Shown: positions 32,405 through 46,566, numbered from the stretch's first letter. The stretch is 64,000 bases of DNA from an uncultured Acidobacteriota bacterium (GCA_963796275.1 CAWCKY010000007.1:576001-640000); one strand, 5' to 3'. Translations and numbers: made by a program. The notes: a model not told the origin generated them from the letters alone.

Positions 32405-33655
32405 ATGAGTCTCGCGATCATTTCCTTGTTAGCCCTCCTGGTGGCTATCGTTTTGAGCTGCACGACGACGATCAACGTTGGTCTGCTCTCGATGGTCTTC
32501 GCGTGGATCATCGGCGTCTATTTGGGGGGGATGGAGGTCAAGGCGATCCGGGCAGGGTTCCCGACGGACTTATTTCTGACGCTCGTGGGGGTCACGCTGC
32601 TATTCGCCCAGGCCCAGGTAAACGGGACGCTGGAGCGCATTACACATCACGGCGTTAAAAGTTGCCGGGGGAATATCGGCTTGATGCCGCTTCTGTTCTT
32701 TCTCCTGGCCCTCGCTATCGCTACAGTCGGGGCGGGCAATATTGCGGGCGCGGCGCTGGTGGCGCCGATGGCGATGGCGACTGCCGGGCGGGTGAAAATT
32801 CCCGCCATAGTGATGACGATTATGGTCGCGCACGGCGCGCTGGCGGGCGCGTTATCGCCCTTCGCGCCGACCGGGATAATCGTCAATAACATCATGGCGA
32901 ATATCGGGTTGGGCGGTCGAGAGTGGCAGACATTCCTCTTCAACATGCTGGCTAGCGCCGCCATGGCGATTTTCGGCTTCTTGGTCTTCGGCGGTTTGCG
33001 GCTCTTTCGACGCCCCGGTATGGCGGACCAAGAGTCTTCGAGTGAACAGCCGTCGTTTGAGGTGCGCCATTGGATAACGATCGCCGTCATCGCGGTACTG
33101 GTGTTGAGCGTTGTCATATTTCGCGTCGATGTGGGAATGGGAGCATTCGCGGGCGTCGCGGTGCTCGCCATCCTGCGCACGAGCGATGAAATCGCGGCCA
33201 TCCGCGCCATGCCCTGGGGTGTGATTCTCATGGTCTGTGGCGTGACGGTCTTGACGAGCTTGCTCGAAAAGACCGGCGGGATGGACCTTTTCAGCACTCT
33301 CCTCGCGAAGCTCGCGACACAGGGCACGATCAATGGGATTATCGGGTTTGTCACGGGGCTGGTTTCGATCTATAGCAGCACTTCGGGAGTCGTACTGCCC
33401 GCCTTCCTGCCGGCCGTCCCAGGTCTGGTAGAAAAACTGGGAGGAGGCGAACCGCTCGCCATTTCGTGGTCGATGATCATCGGCGGCCATCTGGTCGATG
33501 GATCGCCGCTCTCGACGATCGGCGCGATCTGTGTTGCCAGCGCGCCGGCATCCGAAGATCGCCGCAGCCTCTTCAACAAAACGCTCTACTGGGGCCTGTC
33601 GATGTCGATCGCAGGCGCGCTGATATGCCAGATTTTTTTCGGGTTGTTGTGGTAG
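32405..33655 (+). CDS. SLC13/ion-transporter superfamily (di/tricarboxylate) permease
   Basis: ~12 TM segments; SPFAPTG and SPLSTIGA hairpin motifs; divergent from the dehydrogenase. Confidence 0.8.
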   Translation: MSLAIISLLALLVAIVLSCTTTINVGLLSMVFAWIIGVYLGGMEVKAIRAGFPTDLFLTLVGVTLLFAQAQVNGTLERITHHGVKSCRGNIGLMPLLFFLLALAIATVGAGNIAGAALVAPMAMATAGRVKIPAIVMTIMVAHGALAGALSPFAPTGIIVNNIMANIGLGGREWQTFLFNMLASAAMAIFGFLVFGGLRLFRRPGMADQESSSEQPSFEVRHWITIAVIAVLVLSVVIFRVDVGMGAFAGVAVLAILRTSDEIAAIRAMPWGVILMVCGVTVLTSLLEKTGGMDLFSTLLAKLATQGTINGIIGFVTGLVSIYSSTSGVVLPAFLPAVPGLVEKLGGGEPLAISWSMIIGGHLVDGSPLSTIGAICVASAPASEDRRSLFNKTLYWGLSMSIAGALICQIFFGLLW

Positions 33656-33695
33656 CGGTTGAGAGAGTTTTCAGTTTTCAGTTTAAAGTTTTCCT

Positions 33696-33873
33696 TTCGC
33701 CGCGTAGCGGCGGTTGATTGTAGCCGTGGGTTTTAACCCACGGAAGCTTGAATGATATTCCCGCGTCGCGTTAGCGACGCCTGAATTCAACCGTCGCTGA
33801 CGCGACGTGAAAAAATCTACCGCCACCGTGGGTTAAAACCCACGGCTACAATCAACCGCCGCTACGCGGCGAA
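33696..33873. repeat. Palindromic REP/MITE-like element with ~48-bp terminal inverted repeats
   Basis: TTCGCCGCGTAGCGGCGGTTGATTGTAGCCGTGGGTTTTAACCCACGG … exact reverse complement; inner CGTCGCGT hairpins. Confidence 0.85.
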
Positions 33874-34722
33874 GAGGCTGAGCAGTTACGTTCAGTTTTT
33901 AGTTTTTAGCTGCGCTGTCTCGATCAACAACTGAAAACTAAAAACTAAAAAACTAACAACAAAGCCTTACGTGGGTTAAAACCGGTTAAAACCCACGGCT
34001 ACAATCAACCGCCGCTACGCGGCGAAGAGGCTGAGCAGTTACGTTCAGTTTTTAGTTTTTAGCTGCGCTGTCTCGATCAACAACTGAAAACTAAAAACTA
34101 AAAAACTAACAACAAAGCCTTACGTGGGTTAAAACCGGTTAAAACCCACGGCTACAATCAACCGCCGCTACGCGGCGAAGAGGCTGAGCAGTTACGTTCA
34201 GTTTTTAGTATTTAGCTGCGCTGTCTCGATCAGCAACTGAAAACTAAAAACTAAAAAACTAACAACAAAGCCTTACGTGGGTTAAAACCGGTTAAAACCC
34301 ACGGCTACAATCAACCGCCGCTAACGCGGCGAAGAGGCTGAGCAGTTACGTTCAGTTTTTAGTTTTTAGCTGCGCTGTCTCGATCAACAACTGAAAACTA
34401 AAAACTAAAAAACTAACAACAAAGCCTTACGTGGGTTAAAACTGTTAAAACCCACGGCTACAATCAACCGCCGCTAACGCGGCGAAGAGGCTGAGCAGTT
34501 ACGTTCAGTTTTTAGTTTTTAGCTGCGCTGTCTCGATCAACAACTGAAAACTAAAAACTAAAAAACTAACAACAAAGCCTTACGTGGGTTAAAACCGGTT
34601 AAAACCCACGGCTACAATCAACCGCCGCTACGCGGCGAAGAGGCTGAGCAGTTACGTTCAGTTTTTAGTATTTAGCTGCGCTGTCTCGATCAGCAACTGA
34701 AAACTAAAAACTGAAAACTAGT
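33826..34722. repeat. Tandem array of six 153-154-bp composite units
   Basis: GAAGAGGCTGAGCAGTTACG recurs at 33871, 34024, 34177, 34331, 34484 and 34637; no unique spacers. Confidence 0.95.
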
Positions 34723-35826
34723 ATGGAACCTGTCAGACAGATCATAGAGAGCTACAATCCGAACCAAGATCTGGCTGAGGCATCAACGATCCCGGCGTCC
34801 TGGTATCTCGATCCGCGTATTATGGAGATCGAGCGACGGACAGTTTTCGCGAGATCCTGGCAGTTGATCGGGCGCAGCGAACAGGTTGGCGAACCGGGAC
34901 AGTTTATTACACGGGATATCGGCGGAGAGCCTCTTCTGATAGTCAGAGGGGAAGACGAGGTACTGCGGGGTTTCTTCAATGTCTGTCGCCACCACGCCGC
35001 GGCGGTTATGACCGAGCGCGAGGGAAGGGCGCGCAGCCTGCGCTGCCCCTATCACGGCTGGACTTATTCGCTCGCGGGCGAGCTTCGCGGGACGCCCGAT
35101 TTCGGAGGCGTCTGCCACTTCGATCGCGGGGCAAACAGTCTTGCTACCATCGAGACCGGAATCTGGGATGAGCTGGTATTCGCGAAGATCGAACGCGGAG
35201 GACCATCGCTCCTTGATTATCTCGGCTCCGACCTGATTCGACAGATGCCCGCATTCGCTAATCTCCATTGGATGGAGACCCGCCGCTACGAGCTTGCCTG
35301 CAACTGGAAGGTTTTCGTCGATAACTACCTCGATGGCGGCTATCACATACCTTATATTCATAAGGGTCTCGACAGCGTTCTCGATTACAACAGTTACACG
35401 ATCGAGAACGGAGAACGATACTGTGTGCAATCGAGCGCGGTGGTTGCGAAGGCGAGCGACGCGCAGACGGGTGCTGTGCGCAAGGGCGCTCGCGCTCTCT
35501 ACTGTTGGGTATATCCGAACCTAATGATTAACTGGTATGAAGGAGTGATGGATACCAATCTCGTTATACCGTGCGGAGTCGACCGGTGTGAGGTCGTATT
35601 CGATTTCTATTTTACCGACATCTCCGAGATTGCCAGGTCGCATAATCTTGCGAGCATCGCCGTGAGCGAACGGATACAGAATGAGGACGTCTCTATCTGC
35701 GAGTCGGTTCAGCGGGGCCTGGCATCTCGATCATACAGCGCCGGGCGGCTCTCGGTCAGGCGAGAGGCCGGTGAGCATCTTTTCCATAAACTGCTTTATA
35801 CCGATTTAAGCGGCGATAGTGCATAA
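34723..35826 (+). CDS. Rieske non-heme iron oxygenase alpha subunit (choline monooxygenase-like)
   Basis: NVCRHH…CPYHGW Rieske motif; NWKVFVDNYLDGGYHIPYIH; EDVSICESVQRGL. Confidence 0.92.
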   Translation: MEPVRQIIESYNPNQDLAEASTIPASWYLDPRIMEIERRTVFARSWQLIGRSEQVGEPGQFITRDIGGEPLLIVRGEDEVLRGFFNVCRHHAAAVMTEREGRARSLRCPYHGWTYSLAGELRGTPDFGGVCHFDRGANSLATIETGIWDELVFAKIERGGPSLLDYLGSDLIRQMPAFANLHWMETRRYELACNWKVFVDNYLDGGYHIPYIHKGLDSVLDYNSYTIENGERYCVQSSAVVAKASDAQTGAVRKGARALYCWVYPNLMINWYEGVMDTNLVIPCGVDRCEVVFDFYFTDISEIARSHNLASIAVSERIQNEDVSICESVQRGLASRSYSAGRLSVRREAGEHLFHKLLYTDLSGDSA

Positions 35827-35943
35827 TTATAGGGGAGATTCACCGCAAAATAACAAAACGGACAAAGCCGACTATCTCCAATATTTATACTTTCTGTTTT
35901 GTTTTTTATGCGGGGAAAACATCCATTTCATCAAAGAGGTGCG

Positions 35944-36915
35944 ATGAATACGGAACGAGTGATTACTAACCAGGCCGATGAGCGAAAACCGCGCGCCGCC
36001 ATTCACTGCCGTGGTCTTAGCAAACGATACAGCGATGTCACGGCTGTCGATGGCCTCGATCTTGAAGTCTACGCCGGCGAGTGCTTCGGATTACTGGGGC
36101 CGAATGGAGCGGGAAAGACTACTACCATCGAGATACTCGAGGGGCTCACTAAACCGGATGCGGGCGAGGTTAAGCTGTTCGAATTGTGCTGGGGCAGCGG
36201 CCACGATCAAAGGCTGCGGGGATGGATCGGCGTGCAGTTACAGCAGACCGAGCTGGCTGATAAGTTAACCGTGGAAGAGACCGTCAAACTCTTTCGCAGC
36301 TTTTATGAGCGCGGTCGCGATGTCGATGAGGTCATCCGCACTGTCGCACTCGAAGAAAAAAGTAAATCCCACGTGGGCAAACTATCAGGAGGGCAGAAAC
36401 AACGAATGGCGATCGCCTGCGCGCTGGTGAGCGATCCCTACCTGCTTTTTCTCGATGAGCCGACAACGGGTCTCGATCCGCAAGCTCGTCTGCAGCTCTG
36501 GGAAGTGATTGAAAAGTTTCGTAAACGCGGAGGCACGACGCTTTTGACGACTCATTACATGGAGGAAGCCGCGCGTTTGTGCGATCGGATAGCGATTATG
36601 GACCACGGGCGCGTTATCGCATTGGGTACCCCGGCTGAGCTGATCGCCTCGCTCGGGGCCGATCAGATCATAGAGATCAAGGGCGACTCGGGCCAGTTGC
36701 ACGAGGAGGAGCTCTCGCAATTGACGGGCGTGCTCGGCGTGCGCGCCAAGGAAGGCGGCTTTCTACTCACCGTATCGCAGATCGGTGAGGCATTGCCGTC
36801 GTTGCTCGCCCAACTCGAAAGGCAGAACGTCAAACTCGATCAACTCACGACTCACCAGGCGACGCTCGAGGATGTCTTTGTCAACCTTACCGGAAGGATG
36901 TTGCGCGATGGATGA
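35944..36915 (+). CDS. ABC-2 exporter ATP-binding protein
   Basis: GPNGAGKT, LSGGQ, LDEPTTGLD. Confidence 0.95.
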   Translation: MNTERVITNQADERKPRAAIHCRGLSKRYSDVTAVDGLDLEVYAGECFGLLGPNGAGKTTTIEILEGLTKPDAGEVKLFELCWGSGHDQRLRGWIGVQLQQTELADKLTVEETVKLFRSFYERGRDVDEVIRTVALEEKSKSHVGKLSGGQKQRMAIACALVSDPYLLFLDEPTTGLDPQARLQLWEVIEKFRKRGGTTLLTTHYMEEAARLCDRIAIMDHGRVIALGTPAELIASLGADQIIEIKGDSGQLHEEELSQLTGVLGVRAKEGGFLLTVSQIGEALPSLLAQLERQNVKLDQLTTHQATLEDVFVNLTGRMLRDG

Positions 36916-38050
36916 TATCCAGCAGAGAATTTTAAACAACGATGTGAGGGATGAGGAGTCCGAAAGCGCGGACGTAGCGCCGGCGCCGAAAGGCAATAAA
37001 CATCCCATCCTTGAATTGACTCTGGCGCGGATGCGCGAGTTCTGGCGGCAGCCCACGGCGATCTTCTGGGTATTCGGGTTTCCCGTGCTGCTCGCTTTCG
37101 TGCTCGGCATTGCGTTCCGTGATTCTGGGCCCGAGAAGATGCAAGTCGCGGTGGAAAACAGCGCGGCCAACGCGCCCGACATCGCGGCCACTATCGCCCG
37201 CGCGCCGGAGCTTCAACCCATCGTCCTGTCGCCTGCCGAAGCAACCAACGCGCTGCGCACGGGCCAGGTCGCTCTGGTGGTTCGGTGGGGCGAACTCGAA
37301 GGCCGTGGATCTCAGACGGGCTTCGACTACCGGTTCGATCCGACGCGCCCCGAAAGCCGAGTAGCCCGGCTGGCCGTCGATGACGTGCTCCAGCGGGCCG
37401 CCGGCCGCGTGGATGCTACAGTTGCGCGCGATCAAGTTTTCAATGAACCGGGAGCTCGATACATCGATTTTCTGATACCCGGTTTGGTCGGATTGAACTT
37501 GATGAGCAGCGGTTTGTGGGGGTTGGGGTTCGCCATCGTGCAGGCGCGCACGCAGAGATTGCTCAAGAGATTGGCCGCCACGCCGATGCGGCGCTGGCAT
37601 TATCTCTTATCTTTTGTTCTCTCGCGTTTGATCTTCCTGGTGCTGGAAGTCGCGGCGATTTTCCTGTTCGCATATTTCGTTTTCGATGTGAGAGTGCATG
37701 GCTCCTTGCTTAACGTAACTCTCGTCGCATTGACCGGCTCGTTGGCTTTCTCCGGGATAGGACTGCTCGTGGGCGCGCGCACGAAGACGATTGAAGGCGC
37801 GTCGGGCTTGATGAACCTCGTGATGTTGCCGATGTGGCTGTTGTCGGGCAGTTTCTTTTCCTCTGCGAAATTTCCCGAAGTTCTGCAGCCGTTCATCAAA
37901 GCATTGCCATTGACTGCGCTCAACGACGCATTGCGCGCGGTCATGAACGACGGAGCCGGACTCGCTGCAGTTGGCGTCAACCTCGGCATCCTATTGTTGT
38001 GGGGCGTAGTGAGTTTCATCATCGCCTTGCGTATTTTTCGCTGGCAATAA
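36908..38050 (+). CDS. ABC-2 exporter permease
   Basis: YIDFLIPGL, LKRLAATP, 6-TM ABC-2 pattern; overlaps the ATPase stop. Confidence 0.92.
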   Translation: MDDIQQRILNNDVRDEESESADVAPAPKGNKHPILELTLARMREFWRQPTAIFWVFGFPVLLAFVLGIAFRDSGPEKMQVAVENSAANAPDIAATIARAPELQPIVLSPAEATNALRTGQVALVVRWGELEGRGSQTGFDYRFDPTRPESRVARLAVDDVLQRAAGRVDATVARDQVFNEPGARYIDFLIPGLVGLNLMSSGLWGLGFAIVQARTQRLLKRLAATPMRRWHYLLSFVLSRLIFLVLEVAAIFLFAYFVFDVRVHGSLLNVTLVALTGSLAFSGIGLLVGARTKTIEGASGLMNLVMLPMWLLSGSFFSSAKFPEVLQPFIKALPLTALNDALRAVMNDGAGLAAVGVNLGILLLWGVVSFIIALRIFRWQ

Positions 38051-38330
38051 CTCCTTTCATAAAAAATACGTAGATTTACCTAGCAAAATTACGCATTTTT
38101 CCTGATACACAAGTCAAAACATCTTGCGTATTATCCACTCATCCTAAGAAGAAAAAAATTCGTGTGAGTGAATAGTAGGCCTGGGATGCTATTCATAAAG
38201 GCTCGTGCCAAGTTGAAAAGGCAGGGCTGCGTGCAGTCCTGCCTACTTTATGAGCGTGTGAATAGCGTGTGAATAGAAGGCAGCTTGGGGAAGGAGAGAG
38301 TTACAAGATTGCGGAATACCGCAATCGGAA

Positions 38331-38511
38331 ATTAGCCGGTGATTCAATTGCATGACAGTAGTTTTGTTGGGGAACTCGTCAGAAAAGTACTTTGGGCCAG
38401 GGAGGCCAAAGCCATTTGGGATTTAGAGGAGAAAATGGTTTTGGTGGTCCAGGTGCATGCCGGTAATGTAAAGGAGGAGCATTACCGGTAGCAGTTGATT
38501 CATCGGCTAAT
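38331..38511 (+). ncRNA. Candidate structured RNA domain A (21-bp closing stem + three arms with GGA/GGAGG loops)
   Basis: ATTAGCCGGTGATTCAATTGC pairs with GCAGTTGATTCATCGGCTAAT (2 G-U, 1 U-U); homologous to domain B with covariation. Confidence 0.65.
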
Positions 38512-38612
38512 ACGAAATTCAGAGGTTCAGTACCTTCGTTTTATGCCGCTTGTGCGATGACCTGAGACAAGGACAGCTGCCGGGAGGGCAAAGTCCTCCC
38601 GGCAGTTAAAAG

Positions 38613-38792
38613 ATTAGTCAGTGATTCAACTACCTGATGGTGCTTTTTAGGAAGTCCACCATCATTTAAGCGCGATTGACCAGGGAGGCCAGGCTATTGG
38701 GATTCGAGGGAAAGCGCCTGGTGGTTTGAGCGCTTTGCTGTTAATGAATGGAGGAGCATTTTCAGCGACGGGTAGTTGAATCACCGACTAAT
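38613..38792 (+). ncRNA. Candidate structured RNA domain B (paralog of domain A)
   Basis: ATTAGTCAGTGATTCAACTACC pairs with GGTAGTTGAATCACCGACTAAT; same arm order and same loop motifs as domain A. Confidence 0.65.
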
Positions 38793-38806
38793 GTATCTTT
38801 GATACT

Positions 38807-39473
38807 ATGGTCTTGAGGGCAATCATTGCAGTGTATCTGATCCTAACCGTGTTCGAGGTATTTACCTCAGCTCAGGATAAACGGATCGAAATCTCAGCCA
38901 CGGGTGGTTTCACATTCAGCAATTCAATTCCAGCCGATGAAATCCTGTTTGGAGATGGCAGCCGAATAATCGACGAAGTCGGACCCAAGAGCGGTTATTC
39001 GTGGGGATTTCAGGGAGATTATTCCATCACCAACCGAATAGCGGCGGGCTTCCTCTGGAACCGGCAGCAGAGCAGACTCAGGTTCGGATTCATTTTCTAT
39101 GACAGTATCGATTTCACCGATATGACGATCGACAACTATCACGGAGTTGTCACCTACCACTTCGCTGACAGGGATGCGAATTTTCGCCCTTTCGTCTTCG
39201 GCGGCTTTGGCGCAACCCGGTACGCTCCGAGCACCATTGGGACTATCGAATTTGCCGACGAGTTAGAATACTCAACTACCTGGGGCGGCGGTCTCAAGTT
39301 TTATCCGGCGTCAAAAGTCGGTTTCAAGCTAGGCGTACGTTGGACTCCGACTCATATCAGGATCTGACACATCCGGGATCTGGTGCAACCCACGCTTCGG
39401 CTGCTGGCTCATCAACCCGTCAGTATACTCGAATCAGGTAGAACTCGGCGCAGGCATACTCTTTCGTTTTTAA
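38807..39473 (+). CDS. Outer-membrane beta-barrel protein, frameshifted near 39360
   Basis: Signal peptide and amphipathic strands. Removing one G at 39360-39361 extends the protein to SDTSGIWCNPRFGCWLINPSVYSNQVELGAGILFRF*, a typical barrel C-terminus ending in Phe. Confidence 0.8.
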
Positions 39474-39741
39474 TTTCCCCTTCCGTTCCGCTCTTCAATT
39501 TTTTCAGCAAAATTTGGTAAACTGGCCTCTCCAGAGACACGAAGTAATTACACGTAAATAGGAGAATCTTGGAAGTCCAGCTCGGGTTTGGCCTTTGCGA
39601 ATCAAATCCGGCGTAGGGGCAGACCTGTTTATTACTCGTTTGTCTGCCCGATGCGTTTTTTGTGAAGCTGCGGCAGGCGAACATGTCTGCCCACGCTGGG
39701 GTTTCAAAGACCATCACCGGGCTATCCCGCAACGAGAGGCT

Positions 39742-44268
<4,527 letters not shown>

Positions 44269-44623
44269 ATACCGACCAAAAAAATAAATATACAGATCAA
44301 ATTGGATAAGGACGCAAGAGCGGAAGACGAAAAAACGATTATTTACGTCTTCACTTTTGCGTCTTTTTCCCTTTTCTGTCGCATCTGTATCGATGCATCA
44401 TTGACATGAACATTCGTCAGATGCTTTAATAGCCACTCCAACAAAACAAAATCACCTAGTCGAACATGAAGTATTCCTCTGAGGCAAAATCCTGAAATCT
44501 AGCTTCAGGAGAGAGGTTTGCGTATACGTTTTAATAAGTTCTACTGCTACTCCCAATCGGAAGAACTACCAGCGATTTTATCCTCAGTCTAATCATAATT
44601 TCATTACAGGGAAGGAGTATAAA

Positions 44624-45271
44624 ATGATACGAGTATTGCTTGCTGATGATCATGATGTAGTCCGTCAGGGCCTTCATAAAATACTGGAAGACCATCTCGA
44701 CTGGGAGGTGTGCGGTGAAGCATCGAACGGGAGGGAAGCCGTAGATATGGCGCGGAAGCTGAAACCCGATGTCGCGGTCATCGACCTTTCGATGCCCGAA
44801 TTGAATGGGCTAGAGGCGACCCGAGAGATCCGCAAAGAATTGCCGGAAACGGAAGTACTTGTACTTACGATGCATGAAAACGACGAATTGATACGAGAAT
44901 CCCTCATCGCAGGAGCCCGTGGTTATGTGTTGAAGACCGATGCCGGGCGCCGTCTGGTTGATGCCATCGAGGCGCTCTCACGACATCAACCGTTTTTTAC
45001 CGCCAAAGTTTCGGCCACGTTGCTCGATGCATTCCGCGAATATGGAGCTAAGCGCGAGAAGACGTCGGTCTTCAGCGTGCTCACTGACCGCGAGCGGAGG
45101 GTCATTCAATTATTGGCCGAGGGCAATCGGAGCAAACAGATCGCCACGCTGCTCGGAATAAGCGTCAAGACCGTGGAATCTCACCGGGCTACAATAATGC
45201 GCAAACTCGGCCTCCATTCCGTTACTGAACTCGTTCATTATGCGATCCGCAATATGCTGGTCGAGGCTTGA
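44624..45271 (+). CDS. NarL/FixJ-family response regulator (REC + LuxR HTH), no adjacent kinase
   Basis: LADDH, DLSMP, GYVLK, LTDRE…ISVKTVESHR. Confidence 0.95.
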   Translation: MIRVLLADDHDVVRQGLHKILEDHLDWEVCGEASNGREAVDMARKLKPDVAVIDLSMPELNGLEATREIRKELPETEVLVLTMHENDELIRESLIAGARGYVLKTDAGRRLVDAIEALSRHQPFFTAKVSATLLDAFREYGAKREKTSVFSVLTDRERRVIQLLAEGNRSKQIATLLGISVKTVESHRATIMRKLGLHSVTELVHYAIRNMLVEA

Positions 45272-45351
45272 TTAAATGGCAGGAGATGGCAGGAGCGGGA
45301 GGATGTGTGTAATGGTTTAATGCCGATTCACCGCCGAAACGGGAACGCTGG

Positions 45352-45398
45352 GGAGATGCAGAGGTTTACCCTCAGTCCGGTAAACTCTGCATCTCCTC
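45352..45398. terminator. Long hairpin between convergent genes
   Basis: GGAGATGCAGAG-GTTTACC … GGTAAAC-TCTGCATCTCC. Confidence 0.55.
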
Positions 45399-45457
45399 AA
45401 CACTTTCTTCGACATAACGGGGGAACCGTTTAATCTCAACTTATAGATTGGTGAGTT

Positions 45458-46039
45458 TCATCGATTGCCAACGGTCAATTCATTCCGGACCGAAAAAACG
45501 CCGGAGACCCCGTTCGTTCTGATATTGGCTAGATGGGAATCACTCTGGTTATCGACTATACCCTTCAGCGTGACGTTGCCGTTCTTGACGATTATATGGA
45601 TTGACGGCACAGCACCCAGACCATAACGGAAGAGCGGTGAGTTATTGTTGAACAAGGTTCGATATACCGCTCGCCGAATCCGATCGTCATTGGGTGAGAG
45701 AGGCAAGACCTCAATCTGATTCACCACGTTCGCTACGCCCTCGATTTTTTTGGTGACATTCGCAGCATCCGATTTCAATGTCGGTCTGGTTACCTGCCCT
45801 CTCAACAGAACATTTCCATCTCCTCTGACTTCGAACTGTAGCCAATCGAACACGCCGTAATATGGCAACATCAAAAGCTCGTGCCGTACCTCCTTGACTA
45901 AATATGCCCTCGTACGATCCCTGCTCGACTGCTTGTTCGAGAGCTTTGGCCTTTGTGCCGATGCATCTCTCACGATGACACCAGTTATAAAAGTGGCAGC
46001 CAAGATTGTCGCTAGTGAAATAGTCAGACACTGTTTCAT
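45458..46039 (-). CDS. Dual BON-domain protein
   Basis: Signal peptide; VLLRGQV…IEGVANVVNQIEV; NGNVTLKG…GVFSVRNEL. Confidence 0.9.
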   Translation of the reverse strand: MKQCLTISLATILAATFITGVIVRDASAQRPKLSNKQSSRDRTRAYLVKEVRHELLMLPYYGVFDWLQFEVRGDGNVLLRGQVTRPTLKSDAANVTKKIEGVANVVNQIEVLPLSPNDDRIRRAVYRTLFNNNSPLFRYGLGAVPSIHIIVKNGNVTLKGIVDNQSDSHLANIRTNGVSGVFSVRNELTVGNR

Positions 46040-46272
46040 TTTAGCTCCTTAATTTTGTAGGGTAACCGCACATGTAATAGTTAATGAACACATGCATAAA
46101 TCTATACATGGGTGTACCAAATTTATCACTGCTTTAGAATTTTATCAGCAAAGCAAGGTTCCCGATACGTGGCTTGATGATTGCGTCATGTCGAATATAG
46201 CACAAAAACCTGTACTGATGAACGTATGGGCAATTGGCAAAAAGTCTAACTATAAATTGGAGGGATTAAACA

Positions 46273-46566
46273 ATGTTGGACGTAATTGCTTGGATAATTT
46301 TTGGTTTGATTGCGGGCGCGATTGCCAAGGCTATTCTGCCGGGCAGCGACCCGGGAGGAGCGATCGTCACAATACTCATCGGTATCGCTGGAGCCCTGCT
46401 AGGCGGATTTCTTGGTCGAGCCATACTCGGTTATGGAACGGTCAGTGAGACGGGAGCAGGTATAACCCGGCCAGGATTTCTCATGAACCTGGTGCTGGCT
46501 GTGATTGGAGCCATCATATTGCTGGCATGCTACAGATTGATAAGAGGTCGAAGTATGACTTCCTGA
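46273..46566 (+). CDS. GlsB/YeaQ/YmgE stress-response membrane protein
   Basis: WIIFGLIAGAIAK…GIAGALLGG…AVIGAIILL. Confidence 0.9.
   Translation: MLDVIAWIIFGLIAGAIAKAILPGSDPGGAIVTILIGIAGALLGGFLGRAILGYGTVSETGAGITRPGFLMNLVLAVIGAIILLACYRLIRGRSMTS

Noticed and set aside
33826-34722. CRISPR array
   Set aside because: Whole 153-bp units are near-identical with no unique spacers; no cas genes in the window.
38331-38792. tRNA, tmRNA, 6S RNA or a known riboswitch
   Set aside because: No TpsiC/D-loop motifs, no tag ORF, and no aptamer consensus I recognise; branched rather than rod-like. An Rfam search is still needed.
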